A program made the translations under genes and the position numbers. Below are positions 46,201 through 56,014 of a stretch of 59,718 nt of DNA, piece after piece. Location of the stretch: the IMG/VR virus record IMGVR_UViG_3300011115_000141, positions 1 through 59,718 of that record. One strand, written 5' to 3'. Positions within the stretch are counted from its first letter, which is position 1, and each line of letters opens with the position of its first letter. The notes beneath the pieces are model-generated. The model saw only the letters and a list, made by a program, of their open reading frames with translations, was not told where the DNA came from and ran no database searches. This DNA comes from a virus. Taxonomy: Duplodnaviria > Caudoviricetes.

Positions 46201-46503
46201 TTATACCGTAACGTAATCGTTTGACTTACCACCAAATTTTTTAACAATATTGAAGATACGTGTGCCATCTTCAAGCGCCATAATTTCATGCGGTTCGTTT
46301 GGGCGGAAATCTAACAGTTGGCCTGCAATAGCTTCCTGCTCCCAATCATGAGAGTAAGCTTTGATTTTTCCACGAGCAACAATTGTAATGTGCGTTGTAG
46401 ATTCATCATGGCTGTGCTTTGGCAATAGGTCACCTACTTTTTCAAAGTCATACTGCGTACCTTTAATGTCGCCTAAATTTTCAAGTAGATTAGCCAATAA
46501 CAT
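46201..46503 (-). CDS. Cupin-domain protein
   Basis: LPKHSH...HITIVARG...PNEPHEIMALE cupin His motif; likely start ATG 46503. Confidence 0.7.
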   Translation of the reverse strand: MLLANLLENLGDIKGTQYDFEKVGDLLPKHSHDESTTHITIVARGKIKAYSHDWEQEAIAGQLLDFRPNEPHEIMALEDGTRIFNIVKKFGGKSNDYVTV

Positions 46504-46846
46504 TTGGCGCACTCCCAGACATTTGGCTAAATATGGCGTTTCGTTCTCTGCGAATTGCTTCACTTGCTGCGGTTTCTGCGTCTATTTCTGATTGTTTGAT
46601 AACAATTTCTTCCGTAGTCATAGCCCGCGCAGTCCATACATCTTTAACTACACCATCAACCCATTGGTAAGAACATTCCTCAATTTCAAATGTTCCGCAA
46701 GTATTAGGTTTTTCAATACGTTCAAAACGTGCAAATTCTGATGGCAAATTATTAACATCAACGTTAGGAAACGCTTCTTTAAAGTTATCGCCAAAAATTG
46801 GGTGTTCAAACGGTTGTCCGTTAATAATACGAATATAGAGTTCCAT
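46490..46846 (-). CDS. Tail-fibre-associated small protein
   Basis: Follows the Gly-rich fibre gene; YQWVDG...W.....T.EE motif. Confidence 0.5.
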   Translation of the reverse strand: MELYIRIINGQPFEHPIFGDNFKEAFPNVDVNNLPSEFARFERIEKPNTCGTFEIEECSYQWVDGVVKDVWTARAMTTEEIVIKQSEIDAETAASEAIRRERNAIFSQMSGSAPNVIG

Positions 46847-47859
46847 TACAGATTCCCTGTTTGAGTTGAAGGAAATGATCGAGTAGTACCGGGCCAGATA
46901 ATACGGACTGCGCCGCCGCCGCCGCTTCCTCCGGGGTTATCGTACACACAACCGGCCCCATCCCAAGTACCACCACCGGCACCGCCGCCGCCTCCATAAA
47001 GTGCTCCTGAACCGCCATTACCGCTACCAGTGCTCCCGCCATTTGCACCGCCCGAACCGCCATTACCGCCAAAGCCCCCGCCACCATATTGACTGGCTCC
47101 GCCCGCTCCACTAGCGCCTTGGCCTAATATGCCTACTCCGCCACCTGCGCCACCACCGTATAAAAGTGTTCCAGAGCCTGAGTAGTTAAAACCCCAGCCT
47201 CCGCCACCACCACCACCTGCGCCGCCAGCACCACTAGTACCATTTGAAATACTAGGGCCAGATACTCCACCACTGCCGCCATCGCCAGCGTAGCCACCAC
47301 CACCACCTCCGCCACCGCTATACCCACCGCCATTTCCGCCGCCGCTATAGGCTCCAGTAGGACTTCCGCCAGCACCCCCAGCATTTCCACCACTAGCGCC
47401 AACTACCGCCGAACTAACAAAAAATGAATTAGTTCCAGAAGTAGCCCCACTGCCAGCCGCACCTGAACCACCACTGCCAACTTTTACTGAATAGCTGCTA
47501 CCGGGCGTAACAGTGTAATTATTTTTATAGGCTAACCCCCCACCCGACCCACCTTGAGCCGCCGACCCAGCACCGCCACCTACAACAACAATTGATACCG
47601 AAGTCACACCCGCAGGGGCAACCCATGAGTATGTTCCCGGCGTTGTATAAGCCTGCTGACCCACAACAGCCGCCGAGGTACCGTAAAAATTTTGTATTGA
47701 AATTGCACCACTACTTGGCACAGCACCATATGTCCCACTCGTGCCTGCTGCAACATACGCACCACCTGCATAGTATTCGTTTAAACCAATAGGGTTTGAC
47801 CCCCCAAACTCAGTTTGAATATCTGTTAAAGCCAATGGGCCAGATGATGGTAGTGCCAT
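46846..47859 (-). CDS. Glycine-rich tail fibre/receptor-binding protein
   Basis: MALPSSG.L...DIQTEFGG...ISIQNFYG N-terminus; VVVGGG; long Gly tracts; GAVRIIW. Confidence 0.7.
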   Translation of the reverse strand: MALPSSGPLALTDIQTEFGGSNPIGLNEYYAGGAYVAAGTSGTYGAVPSSGAISIQNFYGTSAAVVGQQAYTTPGTYSWVAPAGVTSVSIVVVGGGAGSAAQGGSGGGLAYKNNYTVTPGSSYSVKVGSGGSGAAGSGATSGTNSFFVSSAVVGASGGNAGGAGGSPTGAYSGGGNGGGYSGGGGGGGGYAGDGGSGGVSGPSISNGTSGAGGAGGGGGGGWGFNYSGSGTLLYGGGAGGGVGILGQGASGAGGASQYGGGGFGGNGGSGGANGGSTGSGNGGSGALYGGGGGAGGGTWDGAGCVYDNPGGSGGGGAVRIIWPGTTRSFPSTQTGNL

Positions 47860-47868
47860 GTGTAATCC

Positions 47869-49149
47869 TTAAGGTGTTCCGTAAGCGGTTACGTTTGCAA
47901 CGGTAATGAGATTACCACTGCTGTCCATGCTTGCAATTGTAGTTGCGCCATATTTAAAAACAAGTTTGCCACTAACCTCAGAAATGCTGAAATTTGTGGT
48001 TTGAAGCAGTGGGGTACTGTTAGCCGTAGTTGCTGTTGTAGCAGTAGTTGCTGTTGCCGCGTTGCCTGTTGTATTCTGGTTAAATGTCGGCCAAGTAAAT
48101 GTGCCCGTGCTGAAGTTTCCTGATGTTGGTGTTCCTAACACGGGAGTGACAAGTGTTGGACTGGTATTAAGAACTACGCTTCCAGAACCTGTCGAAGTCG
48201 TAACCCCCGTACCACCATTGTCAACATCCAAAGTGCCCCCCAAAGTTACATTACCTGATGTGCCCGTAGACGGTGTCAGACCCGTAGTACCCGCACTAAA
48301 TGATGTTACACCCGCAGAGATAGCGCCGATTTGGTTCTGCACAAACGCGGTGGTAGCAAGCTGTGTGGTATTAGTTCCGGTAGCCGCAGTTGGGGCGGCA
48401 GGAGTTCCAGTAAACGTTGGGCTTGCTGAAAGAACCGTATTACCTGTACCTGTAGAAGTGGTTGTGCCTGTACCACCATTTAACACTGGGAGAGTGCCGG
48501 TAACGTTGGTCGTCAGGTTGGCAAAAGTTGTTGAACCTGTACCTGTACCGCCGTTGGCAATTGGTAGTGTGCCTGTAACTTGAGAGGTCAAGTTAACACC
48601 AGACAATGTGCCACCAAGGGTCAAACTGCCTGTGCTTGTGACTGTACCTGTTAGGGTAATCCCGTTGACTGTGCCCGTGCCGCTGACGCTTGTGACGCCG
48701 TCGGCTACGCTTGAAGCTACTTTGACAAAGTCAGTGCCGTTGAAATACACAATGCACTTCTCGCCTACAGCTACGGAAATACCGGTCTGGCCGTAGGCTT
48801 TGAATGTCACTGTGCCGCCCGTAGCGGCGTTGTCCACAATATACGACTTGCTTACAGCGGGCGAGCTAACAGTGCCAACTGTGATGACTTTAGTTGTAGT
48901 CAGCGTACCTGACACTTTGATGAAAGCGTACTGCCCCGAGTTTGCTGTGATGTTTGAAACTGAATCATCACCGGCTGTATTGTCAAGCGTAACCGCGCCG
49001 TCACCCGTAAAAGTAGACGTGCCCGCAATGGCAATGTCCAAGTAGTTGGTTAAGGCGTTGTTGACCAAGTCACCCCATGTGCCGTCAAAGTAACCTTCAA
49101 CTGGCAGAGGTAGGTCAAGTAGCGCGGTGTTGCTAAGTCCAACAGTCAT
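47869..49149 (-). CDS. Tail fibre protein
   Basis: T/G-rich repeats GTLPIANGGTG, SPTFTGTP.APT, TQLATTAFV. Confidence 0.75.
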   Translation of the reverse strand: MTVGLSNTALLDLPLPVEGYFDGTWGDLVNNALTNYLDIAIAGTSTFTGDGAVTLDNTAGDDSVSNITANSGQYAFIKVSGTLTTTKVITVGTVSSPAVSKSYIVDNAATGGTVTFKAYGQTGISVAVGEKCIVYFNGTDFVKVASSVADGVTSVSGTGTVNGITLTGTVTSTGSLTLGGTLSGVNLTSQVTGTLPIANGGTGTGSTTFANLTTNVTGTLPVLNGGTGTTTSTGTGNTVLSASPTFTGTPAAPTAATGTNTTQLATTAFVQNQIGAISAGVTSFSAGTTGLTPSTGTSGNVTLGGTLDVDNGGTGVTTSTGSGSVVLNTSPTLVTPVLGTPTSGNFSTGTFTWPTFNQNTTGNAATATTATTATTANSTPLLQTTNFSISEVSGKLVFKYGATTIASMDSSGNLITVANVTAYGTP

Positions 49150-49151
49150 GA

Positions 49152-52100
49152 TTATCCTTCGATGAGTTTGGCGACAAGCGCCTCAAGTTTAGCGATACGC
49201 GCTTCTTGGTCAGTAATCCGATCCTCGTGTTCAGCATTTGCAGCCAAAGCCAAAGCACTGAGTTTCTCGTAGTCTACTGCCAATGAACCATCTGGTCGAG
49301 TGCGAACTGCAACAGGGAACTTAGCCAATACGTCTTGGGCAATGACACCAAAGTCGGACTTGACAATAAAGTAGCCATCTTCGCCGCCGTGCTCTTCAAT
49401 GTACTCGGCTGTCCAATCAAACAACTTACCGCCAATTGCCGCTGCCGTAGCTGCTGCGTTGGGGATGTTGCGCACGTTCTCTTTGAACTTGATGTCAGAA
49501 GAGTAGTATGCGGTCACGTTGTTTGTAGCGCGAATCTCACCGGCTGTACCTGAACCGGCAGTGCCAACACCCAGAGAGTTAACTTGGTAGTTGTTGCTAG
49601 TGTTTAGCGCATTGGCTGTTGTTGCAGTGGTGGCTGTTGTTGCGCTACCAGCAGAACCCGTAACGTTAATGCTCCAAGTACCAGAAGCGCCGGAACCGGT
49701 CAATGATGGGGCGTAGCTTGTGTAGTTGCTAGAGTTAAGGTAATAAACCCAAGAGCCAAAGGTGCCGTTTTGAACGTTGCGTGTTGCCAATCTATTGGCG
49801 TTATCTTCCCAGCCCCATGCGACTTGAGTGCCCCAATAACCCCCGGAATTTGTGTGGCGGTAATTTTGCTGAATCCACCATGTACCGCCGGGGCTGTTTG
49901 TGGTGTTTGCACCTAGATCACCGTTATACCGAGTAGTGCCCGCAGGTGTGTTTTGGAAGTCGGCATTCCAAGAGCCGTCGCTACCGTGTTGGTTGATGTA
50001 GTTACTGCTATTTAAGTAGGTGGCAGATGTAGCAGAAGTTGCCGATGTAGCAGAAGTTGCTGTAGCGGCGTTACCTGAGATAGAAATACCCCAAGTACCA
50101 GAAGCGTTAGACTGCACCGAAGAAGTCAGCGTCGCTATGCTAGTTTTGCGGTAAAAATTATCAGAACCGTTGGTGTAAATAATCTGACTAATAGTCCCCG
50201 CTTCTGAGTTGGGCGATGAACTATTTATGTAATAAAAGTAAGTGTAGCCACTTGCATCAGAACGACCAATTGTATTGGCTGTTGCAAAACTTGTTCCCGC
50301 AGCAGGCACTGCTCCGTAAGAACCCCAATTGGTGGCTGTTGTTGCCGTTGTTGCGCTAGTTGCGGATGTGGCTGAAGTAGCCGAAGTTGCATTGCCACTC
50401 AAACTTGCCGTAATCGTACCGGCAGAGAAGTTACCCGAAGCATCACGCAGAACAATCGTAGAAGCAGTGTTGGCTGTAGCCGCAGTAATTGTTGCGCTGT
50501 TTGCTTGACTTGTGATTGTTCCAGCGGTGGTGGCGGATGTGGCTGTTGAGGCGTTACCTGACAATGTGGCTGTAATCGTACCTGCGCTGAAGTTACCAGA
50601 AGCATCACGGGCAACGATAGCCGAGGCGGTGTTTAAGTTGGTAGCGTTGGAAGTTACCGTAAAGGTAGAAGACCCGGATTGGTTAGCCGTAAAAGTAGCT
50701 GAACCAGACAAGCCTGTGCCGGACACTGCCATTGTCAATGTACCGTTGTTTACACCAGCAGCCGTAGAAGCCACAACCCATGAAGGAGCAGCAGCGCCGT
50801 TAGATTGCAAGATGTAGCCAGAAGTACCGGCTGTCAGTTGAACCGTTGTACCTGCGGCTGACTGATAAGGAATCGTACCTGCGGAACCACCAGCCAAGTT
50901 TGTAGCTGTTGTTGCACTTGTGGCAGATGTTGCTGTCGTTGCAGATGTTGCGCTTGTAGCTGTTGTGGCTGATGTAGCCGTAGCTGCGTTACCGCTTATT
51001 GAGATGCCCCATGTGCCCGTAGCGCCTGTACCGCCCGTAGATGGTGCTCCTACAGTGTTATAGGAAATTGTTCGTGCGGCAGAACCATTGAAAGTTGTGC
51101 CAGAAACATCGCCTGTTCCGCCGTTGTTAAACGTGACTGCATTAGGCGTAGAGATTGCAGAGTAGGCAAACGCAGAGCCGTTCCAACCCAAATATGTGCC
51201 AGCAGTTGTTGGCGCAGTAATGAATGATGTTGTGGCCGCGCCTGTCTGGTATGGAATCTGATTGGCTGCGCCAGCAGAAATGTTTGTAGCTGCGGTGGCC
51301 GTTGAAGCATTACCTGTTAAAGCTGCCGTGATTGTGCCAGCGGCAAAGTTACCAGAAGAGTCCCGAGCAACAACCTTAGAGGCTGTGTTTGCAGATGTAG
51401 CGTCAACCGTAGCAGTAACCGCCGCAGAGCCGTTAAAGCTCGTCCCTGTCAGGTATGTGCCCAAGGTCAAAGCGTTAACCACGGAACCTGCTGAACCTGA
51501 AATGTTGCCAGATACAGCCGAACCAGCAATAGCTATATTGGTATTGGTTACAGATGTTATCTGACCTTGAGCATTTACCGCAAAGACAGGAACCGCAGAA
51601 GCAGAACCGTATGTTGTGGCTGTCACACCCGTATTAGAAATGTTGAATGTTGTAGCAGGAGAAAGGTTTAAGCCTGTACCCGCGCTGTATGTGATCGGGG
51701 CATTAAACTGCAAAAACACCAGTGGGGTGGTGCCAACAACAATAGGCAAAGCAGTTTGTTGAACCCAAGCTGTAGAAGCCAAAGTTCCAGAAATAACCAA
51801 TACATAGTCGCCTTGGTCAATCTCGTTAGTCCCAGTACCAGAAGTATCGTAATCTGTAGCACGGGTCAGGATGAATGGAGTGCCTGCGCTACCAGCCTGC
51901 GTTACAACATAAACACCGTTGTATGCTGCATTACCGCTAGTTTCATCTTTAACCAACACGCGCTGGGTAGCGGTAGGAGAACCCCCGCCCAAAGATAGCG
52001 CACCATTTGCGTTGGCTGTAATTGTTGCGCCTACACCGCTTGATCCGTTGTTGTAAGTATAGGCCGGGAGGGCGGCAGTTGAAGCGTAGTTGACCGGCTG

Positions 52101-52568
52101 GTGGTAATTTAAACCAGACGAAATTGAATCCACATACAGCTTGTTGACAATGTCTGTATCAGCAGTTGGGGAAGCCGTAATTGTTCCTGAAGTCAGAGCG
52201 GCAGAAGTTGCCGTGATTGCGCCAAAAGATTGCTGAACCACTTTGCCCGTAGTATCCGTCCATACGGCATTCTCAGATGGGTACGTTACAAACACATCAA
52301 GTGTTGTACCAGTAAAATTAACCAAGGAGCCAGTGCTAGAAGATAAAGGCGTAGCGTTACGGGTCAGTGTTGTACCAGAAGATGTGTACGTACCGTAGTT
52401 AACTTCCCACGCGCCTGATATGGGGTCAATAATTGCAAAATATGTAGTGTTACCGTTGCCAACGGAAGCAAAAGATTGAAACCCTGTTGGCGTTGTCAGG
52501 AGCGTGATCGTGCCTGTACCGGGGTTGGAAGCGGTCTGTTTAACCCGATCTTTTAATACGAGTGCCAT
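49152..52568 (-). CDS. Long tail fibre with C-terminal intramolecular chaperone (peptidase S74-like)
   Basis: ATSATT repeats; YYSSDIKFKEN...GVIAQDV...VDYEKL followed by a terminal coiled coil. Confidence 0.85.
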   Translation of the reverse strand: MALVLKDRVKQTASNPGTGTITLLTTPTGFQSFASVGNGNTTYFAIIDPISGAWEVNYGTYTSSGTTLTRNATPLSSSTGSLVNFTGTTLDVFVTYPSENAVWTDTTGKVVQQSFGAITATSAALTSGTITASPTADTDIVNKLYVDSISSGLNYHQPVNYASTAALPAYTYNNGSSGVGATITANANGALSLGGGSPTATQRVLVKDETSGNAAYNGVYVVTQAGSAGTPFILTRATDYDTSGTGTNEIDQGDYVLVISGTLASTAWVQQTALPIVVGTTPLVFLQFNAPITYSAGTGLNLSPATTFNISNTGVTATTYGSASAVPVFAVNAQGQITSVTNTNIAIAGSAVSGNISGSAGSVVNALTLGTYLTGTSFNGSAAVTATVDATSANTASKVVARDSSGNFAAGTITAALTGNASTATAATNISAGAANQIPYQTGAATTSFITAPTTAGTYLGWNGSAFAYSAISTPNAVTFNNGGTGDVSGTTFNGSAARTISYNTVGAPSTGGTGATGTWGISISGNAATATSATTATSATSATTATSATSATTATNLAGGSAGTIPYQSAAGTTVQLTAGTSGYILQSNGAAAPSWVVASTAAGVNNGTLTMAVSGTGLSGSATFTANQSGSSTFTVTSNATNLNTASAIVARDASGNFSAGTITATLSGNASTATSATTAGTITSQANSATITAATANTASTIVLRDASGNFSAGTITASLSGNATSATSATSATSATTATTATNWGSYGAVPAAGTSFATANTIGRSDASGYTYFYYINSSSPNSEAGTISQIIYTNGSDNFYRKTSIATLTSSVQSNASGTWGISISGNAATATSATSATSATSATYLNSSNYINQHGSDGSWNADFQNTPAGTTRYNGDLGANTTNSPGGTWWIQQNYRHTNSGGYWGTQVAWGWEDNANRLATRNVQNGTFGSWVYYLNSSNYTSYAPSLTGSGASGTWSINVTGSAGSATTATTATTANALNTSNNYQVNSLGVGTAGSGTAGEIRATNNVTAYYSSDIKFKENVRNIPNAAATAAAIGGKLFDWTAEYIEEHGGEDGYFIVKSDFGVIAQDVLAKFPVAVRTRPDGSLAVDYEKLSALALAANAEHEDRITDQEARIAKLEALVAKLIEG

Positions 52569-52577
52569 CTTTAATCC

Positions 52578-53501
52578 TTACGACGGTAGGTTAGTCCAAC
52601 CGGGGTTTTGTGTGTCGTTGATATTTTGCCAGTTTGCGTTCTGGCTGTCATCTATTACCGCCCAAACAAGCACGTTACCGATAGAAACAAGAAGCTGAAT
52701 GCCTGTTACGTTTGCGTTAACTGTCTTGATAACAGACATCGTGTCTAGCGCGGCAGCAAATTCAGCGACCGAGCCAACAAACACCACCTGCGTACTAATC
52801 GCATCAATAGCAGATGCACTCTCAGTAATAGACACTTGCAAAAATAAACCGCGTGTGGTGTCATCCAAACCAGATGCAGCCTCAGCAATAGAAGCTACAA
52901 ATGTAGCTGCGGTAGTAAATTCGTCTATGCCAGATACGGCTTCAGTAACAGCCGCAACAAACACTGCTTGGGACGTAAACACTTCGCTTGCAGACACACC
53001 TTCAGCCATTGCCGCAGCAAATGCAACTTGAGAAGCAAAAGAATCTGCGCCGGAAGCGGCTTCTGATATGTCAGAAAGAAATAGTGCTTGGGCAACAATA
53101 GCGTCCACAGCAGCCGCTGCTTCGTCAATACTACCGGCAAATACCACGGGGCCTTGGATTAAATCTAAACCCGAGGCAACTTCATCAATACTGCCGGGGT
53201 ATGTGCCTAAAGCAGAAACAGTATCAATACCACTTGCAGCTTCTGGAATATCTACGTTAAATATATTGTTCAACGTATCTACAACGTCTACACCAGAGGC
53301 TGTTTCTGCGTTTGTAGCTACAAAATCCGACTGAACAGAAACGGAGTCAATACCAGAAACGTTCTCTTCAATCAACCCACCGGCAGTAAACAGCGCATTT
53401 ACCGCATCAACACCTGACCCTGTTTCGGAGATGGCGACAGCAAACGTGCTGCCCCCTTGAGAGGCAAACGGCGCTTGTGCAAACGTTACATCCCCGAACA
53501 T
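52578..53501 (-). CDS. Repeat-rich acidic virion protein
   Basis: About 19-aa periodic I.E.ASG.D repeats. Confidence 0.65.
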   Translation of the reverse strand: MFGDVTFAQAPFASQGGSTFAVAISETGSGVDAVNALFTAGGLIEENVSGIDSVSVQSDFVATNAETASGVDVVDTLNNIFNVDIPEAASGIDTVSALGTYPGSIDEVASGLDLIQGPVVFAGSIDEAAAAVDAIVAQALFLSDISEAASGADSFASQVAFAAAMAEGVSASEVFTSQAVFVAAVTEAVSGIDEFTTAATFVASIAEAASGLDDTTRGLFLQVSITESASAIDAISTQVVFVGSVAEFAAALDTMSVIKTVNANVTGIQLLVSIGNVLVWAVIDDSQNANWQNINDTQNPGWTNLPS

Positions 53502-53507
53502 AACCTA

Positions 53508-54074
53508 TTAGGTCGCGGTCAGAGAGAAGGTGTAAGTCACGTTCAATGTATCGCCAGAAGCAACAGATTTGTCGCCACCTGTAAAATCACCTTCAGAGAA
53601 CAAAATGCCTGAAGTGCCTGAAGTTGCGCTGGTTAAAAAAGCACCGGCAATAACAACCGTAGCATTCATCACAAAAGAAGACGGTGAAGCTGAGTTGGTA
53701 ATCACTGATGGATTGGCTGAAGTTGCCGAACCAAAAGTTACCGCTTTACGTGTTCCTGCATAAGCCGCGCTTTCTGTCCACCCGGCGTGTGAAGCCAAAG
53801 TGTCGGCGGCGGCAAACGTTGTACCTGAACCGGGGCCTGTAACCAGACCAAGATACCAAGTGGTAGTTTGCGCACTACCGGCAAGATATGCGCCGTTCAT
53901 GTTGGCTAAACCTTGGTTTACTACCAAGTTGTGAAAGGTGTCTGTCCACTTTTTAACGCCGTCTGCGCCTACGCAAGTAACGGTGTAAACACCACCAGCA
54001 CCAACGGATTCACCGAGGCCGGGGCGTGTGACTAAAGTGGCTGTCACTTGGTCTTTTGCTGAACTGAATTCCAT
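53508..54074 (-). CDS. Virion structural protein
   Basis: HNLVVNQG...GDTLNVTYTF, beta-rich. Confidence 0.65.
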   Translation of the reverse strand: MEFSSAKDQVTATLVTRPGLGESVGAGGVYTVTCVGADGVKKWTDTFHNLVVNQGLANMNGAYLAGSAQTTTWYLGLVTGPGSGTTFAAADTLASHAGWTESAAYAGTRKAVTFGSATSANPSVITNSASPSSFVMNATVVIAGAFLTSATSGTSGILFSEGDFTGGDKSVASGDTLNVTYTFSLTAT

Positions 54075-54083
54075 GATAGATCC

Positions 54084-54542
54084 TTAAGAAATGCGCACGA
54101 TGGCGCTGTTGGCATCGGGGGTTGGGAAGATGATTTGAAACGTATCGTTGTTTACTGTCTTGTCTGAACCAAAGTCCAGAACTGCAACTGACGGGTCGCC
54201 TGCAACAGAGTCGTTATAAATTAACGCGCCGCGTGCTGTAAATGTGGCGTTTGTCCAACTTGTATTGTTAAACGAAACAAACGCAGTGGGGACACCCGCA
54301 GTGTTGTTACCAGAAGTCGGGGATGTTGAAATCGTCAACGTGTTTCCGCCGGTTGTGTAACCGCCGCCACTGGCCACTTCACCTGTCATACCTACTGTGT
54401 AGGCGGTAGTGCTTGCAGTCAAATTTGCTGCGGCTGTAAACAACGCAACCTTAAAAGTGTTGGGCGATGTGGGGCCAAAGTTGTGAACTGCTTGAAGCAG
54501 TTGAACTTTAAAGCTTGTGGTTGCTGTTTGCGAAATTGCCAT
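54084..54542 (-). CDS. Virion structural protein
   Basis: FKVALFT...GYTTGG..L...ARGALIYN...VLDFGSDK. Confidence 0.65.
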   Translation of the reverse strand: MAISQTATTSFKVQLLQAVHNFGPTSPNTFKVALFTAAANLTASTTAYTVGMTGEVASGGGYTTGGNTLTISTSPTSGNNTAGVPTAFVSFNNTSWTNATFTARGALIYNDSVAGDPSVAVLDFGSDKTVNNDTFQIIFPTPDANSAIVRIS

Positions 54543-54543
54543 A

Positions 54544-55200
54544 TCAAGTCACCTTTTGTCGGAACTGTCCAGAACGATACGCGTCTTGACGCTCCATACC
54601 ATCGGCCAAACGTTTTGCTAGGGCAAGAGCTTCCATGAACTTCTGGTTGTACAGAGCCATCATGTCAGTCTCACCCTTCATGTAAGTGTAAGCCTCAACC
54701 AAAGAACCGTACAACAACACAGAGTCAAAGTTATCACCAAGCCACGTTGTACTAGCAGTCACAATAGACTCTGGGTAGTAGTAATAGTGCAACTCTACGC
54801 CATACGTAGCATCAGGCGTTGGGCCAAGGATAAAAGTCAACTCATTGACGTCGTTACTCTGAGAACCAAACAACGCGTAGTACTTTGGGATTGCTGTGTC
54901 GGTCGGCTGTGGGTACGCTTGGCGAATAAAGTTAACGTCTTTGTTTAACAAATACTCGTACGCGCCTGTAGCGTCAATAACCGCCATTGAATACACCGCC
55001 AAGAAATCATTAGGGCATCCAAGATACTTGTTGTTGGCAGACGTAGACCCTGTCACATTCTTGCGAATAGACGGGAACTGCATCGAGTTGTAAATACGCT
55101 GCTCAGCTTGCTGAACGAACACGGGTATCTCAGCGATAAAGTCCGCTTCGGTATTCTCCGTGTACGCTTGAATAGCGTTGCTGAGTGCAGTGTAATTCAT
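54544..55200 (-). CDS. Head-tail adaptor (tail tubular protein A-like)
   Basis: FVQQAEQRI...PKYYA...PTPDATY...LLYGSL.EA. Confidence 0.65.
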   Translation of the reverse strand: MNYTALSNAIQAYTENTEADFIAEIPVFVQQAEQRIYNSMQFPSIRKNVTGSTSANNKYLGCPNDFLAVYSMAVIDATGAYEYLLNKDVNFIRQAYPQPTDTAIPKYYALFGSQSNDVNELTFILGPTPDATYGVELHYYYYPESIVTASTTWLGDNFDSVLLYGSLVEAYTYMKGETDMMALYNQKFMEALALAKRLADGMERQDAYRSGQFRQKVT

Positions 55201-55442
55201 GCCATCGGGCCTCTAGCCATAGTTCCCTTGGTCGCCGCGCCGTTACCACGAGTGACGATACCGGATGTCTTAACGGTTTCGTTACCAGCGGCTTTGCTGA
55301 TGTTGCCAACACTCATATTAACGGTGTCAGCTTTACTGCGATTGACGCCAGAACCGGGGTTCTGGGATATGCCCACGGGCGCACCACTCATGGTGTGAGG
55401 CTTGGCGTATGCAGAAGCGGATAGATTGTTAATCTTGGCCAT
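55197..55442 (-). CDS. Small basic virion-region protein
   Basis: ATG 55442; ends RGNGAATKGTMARGPMA. Confidence 0.6.
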   Translation of the reverse strand: MAKINNLSASAYAKPHTMSGAPVGISQNPGSGVNRSKADTVNMSVGNISKAAGNETVKTSGIVTRGNGAATKGTMARGPMA

Positions 55443-55443
55443 G

Positions 55444-55620
55444 TTATTTCCCCTGATTCTTAACTTTGGCCATGCCGCGACCATACTGGAGCATCATCTC
55501 GTTGGTCTTACCGCCCTTGGCAAGCTTTGTAGGCGCTTTGCCGGGGTGCATGTTTTTCTCGTGCTTACCAACAGCAGACTTAATCATCTTCTTGTCTTGG
55601 GCTAAATCTTTCTTGTCCAT
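55444..55620 (-). CDS. 58-aa basic protein (not in ORF track)
   Basis: AGGAG RBS; MDKKDLAQDKKMIKSAVGKHEKNMHPGKAPTKLAKGGKTNEMMLQYGRGMAKVKNQGK. Confidence 0.65.
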   Translation of the reverse strand: MDKKDLAQDKKMIKSAVGKHEKNMHPGKAPTKLAKGGKTNEMMLQYGRGMAKVKNQGK

Positions 55621-55621
55621 A

Positions 55622-56014
55622 TCAGACTCCTATTTGTATCGTTACTGTACCAATTTGTACGCCTAATGCCAAGTAGTTTGGCGTTAACACACTGTCAAAA
55701 CTGCTTGCCCCACCAACAGGGTTCCAACCCCACTGAATATCTCTTGAACCGCCAGTCAAAAAGCCAGCAGTGTTTACGCCTGCGGTAACGTACGTCGTGT
55801 CCTTACGCGGGTTACGCACAGCCTGCGGATCATCCACTGGGTACATGCCCAACTGCAACTGCGGCTGATCTGGATCCCAACACGCATTACACACCATCAA
55901 ATTGTAAAGCTTGGTCTTGATAACTTCTTTTTTCAAAGCCGTCAATTTAAACTGCTGGCCACAGCGATCGCACATGGCGATACTGTTCTTACCAGAAGCA
56001 AACCGATTGCCCAT
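55622..56014 (-). CDS. Conserved CxxC/CxxC phage protein
   Basis: CDRCG...VCNACWDPDQPQ. Confidence 0.65.
   Translation of the reverse strand: MGNRFASGKNSIAMCDRCGQQFKLTALKKEVIKTKLYNLMVCNACWDPDQPQLQLGMYPVDDPQAVRNPRKDTTYVTAGVNTAGFLTGGSRDIQWGWNPVGGASSFDSVLTPNYLALGVQIGTVTIQIGV

Noticed and set aside
46846-52568. Diversity-generating retroelement acting on tail fibres
   Set aside because: No reverse transcriptase ORF and no template/variable repeat pair differing at adenines was seen.
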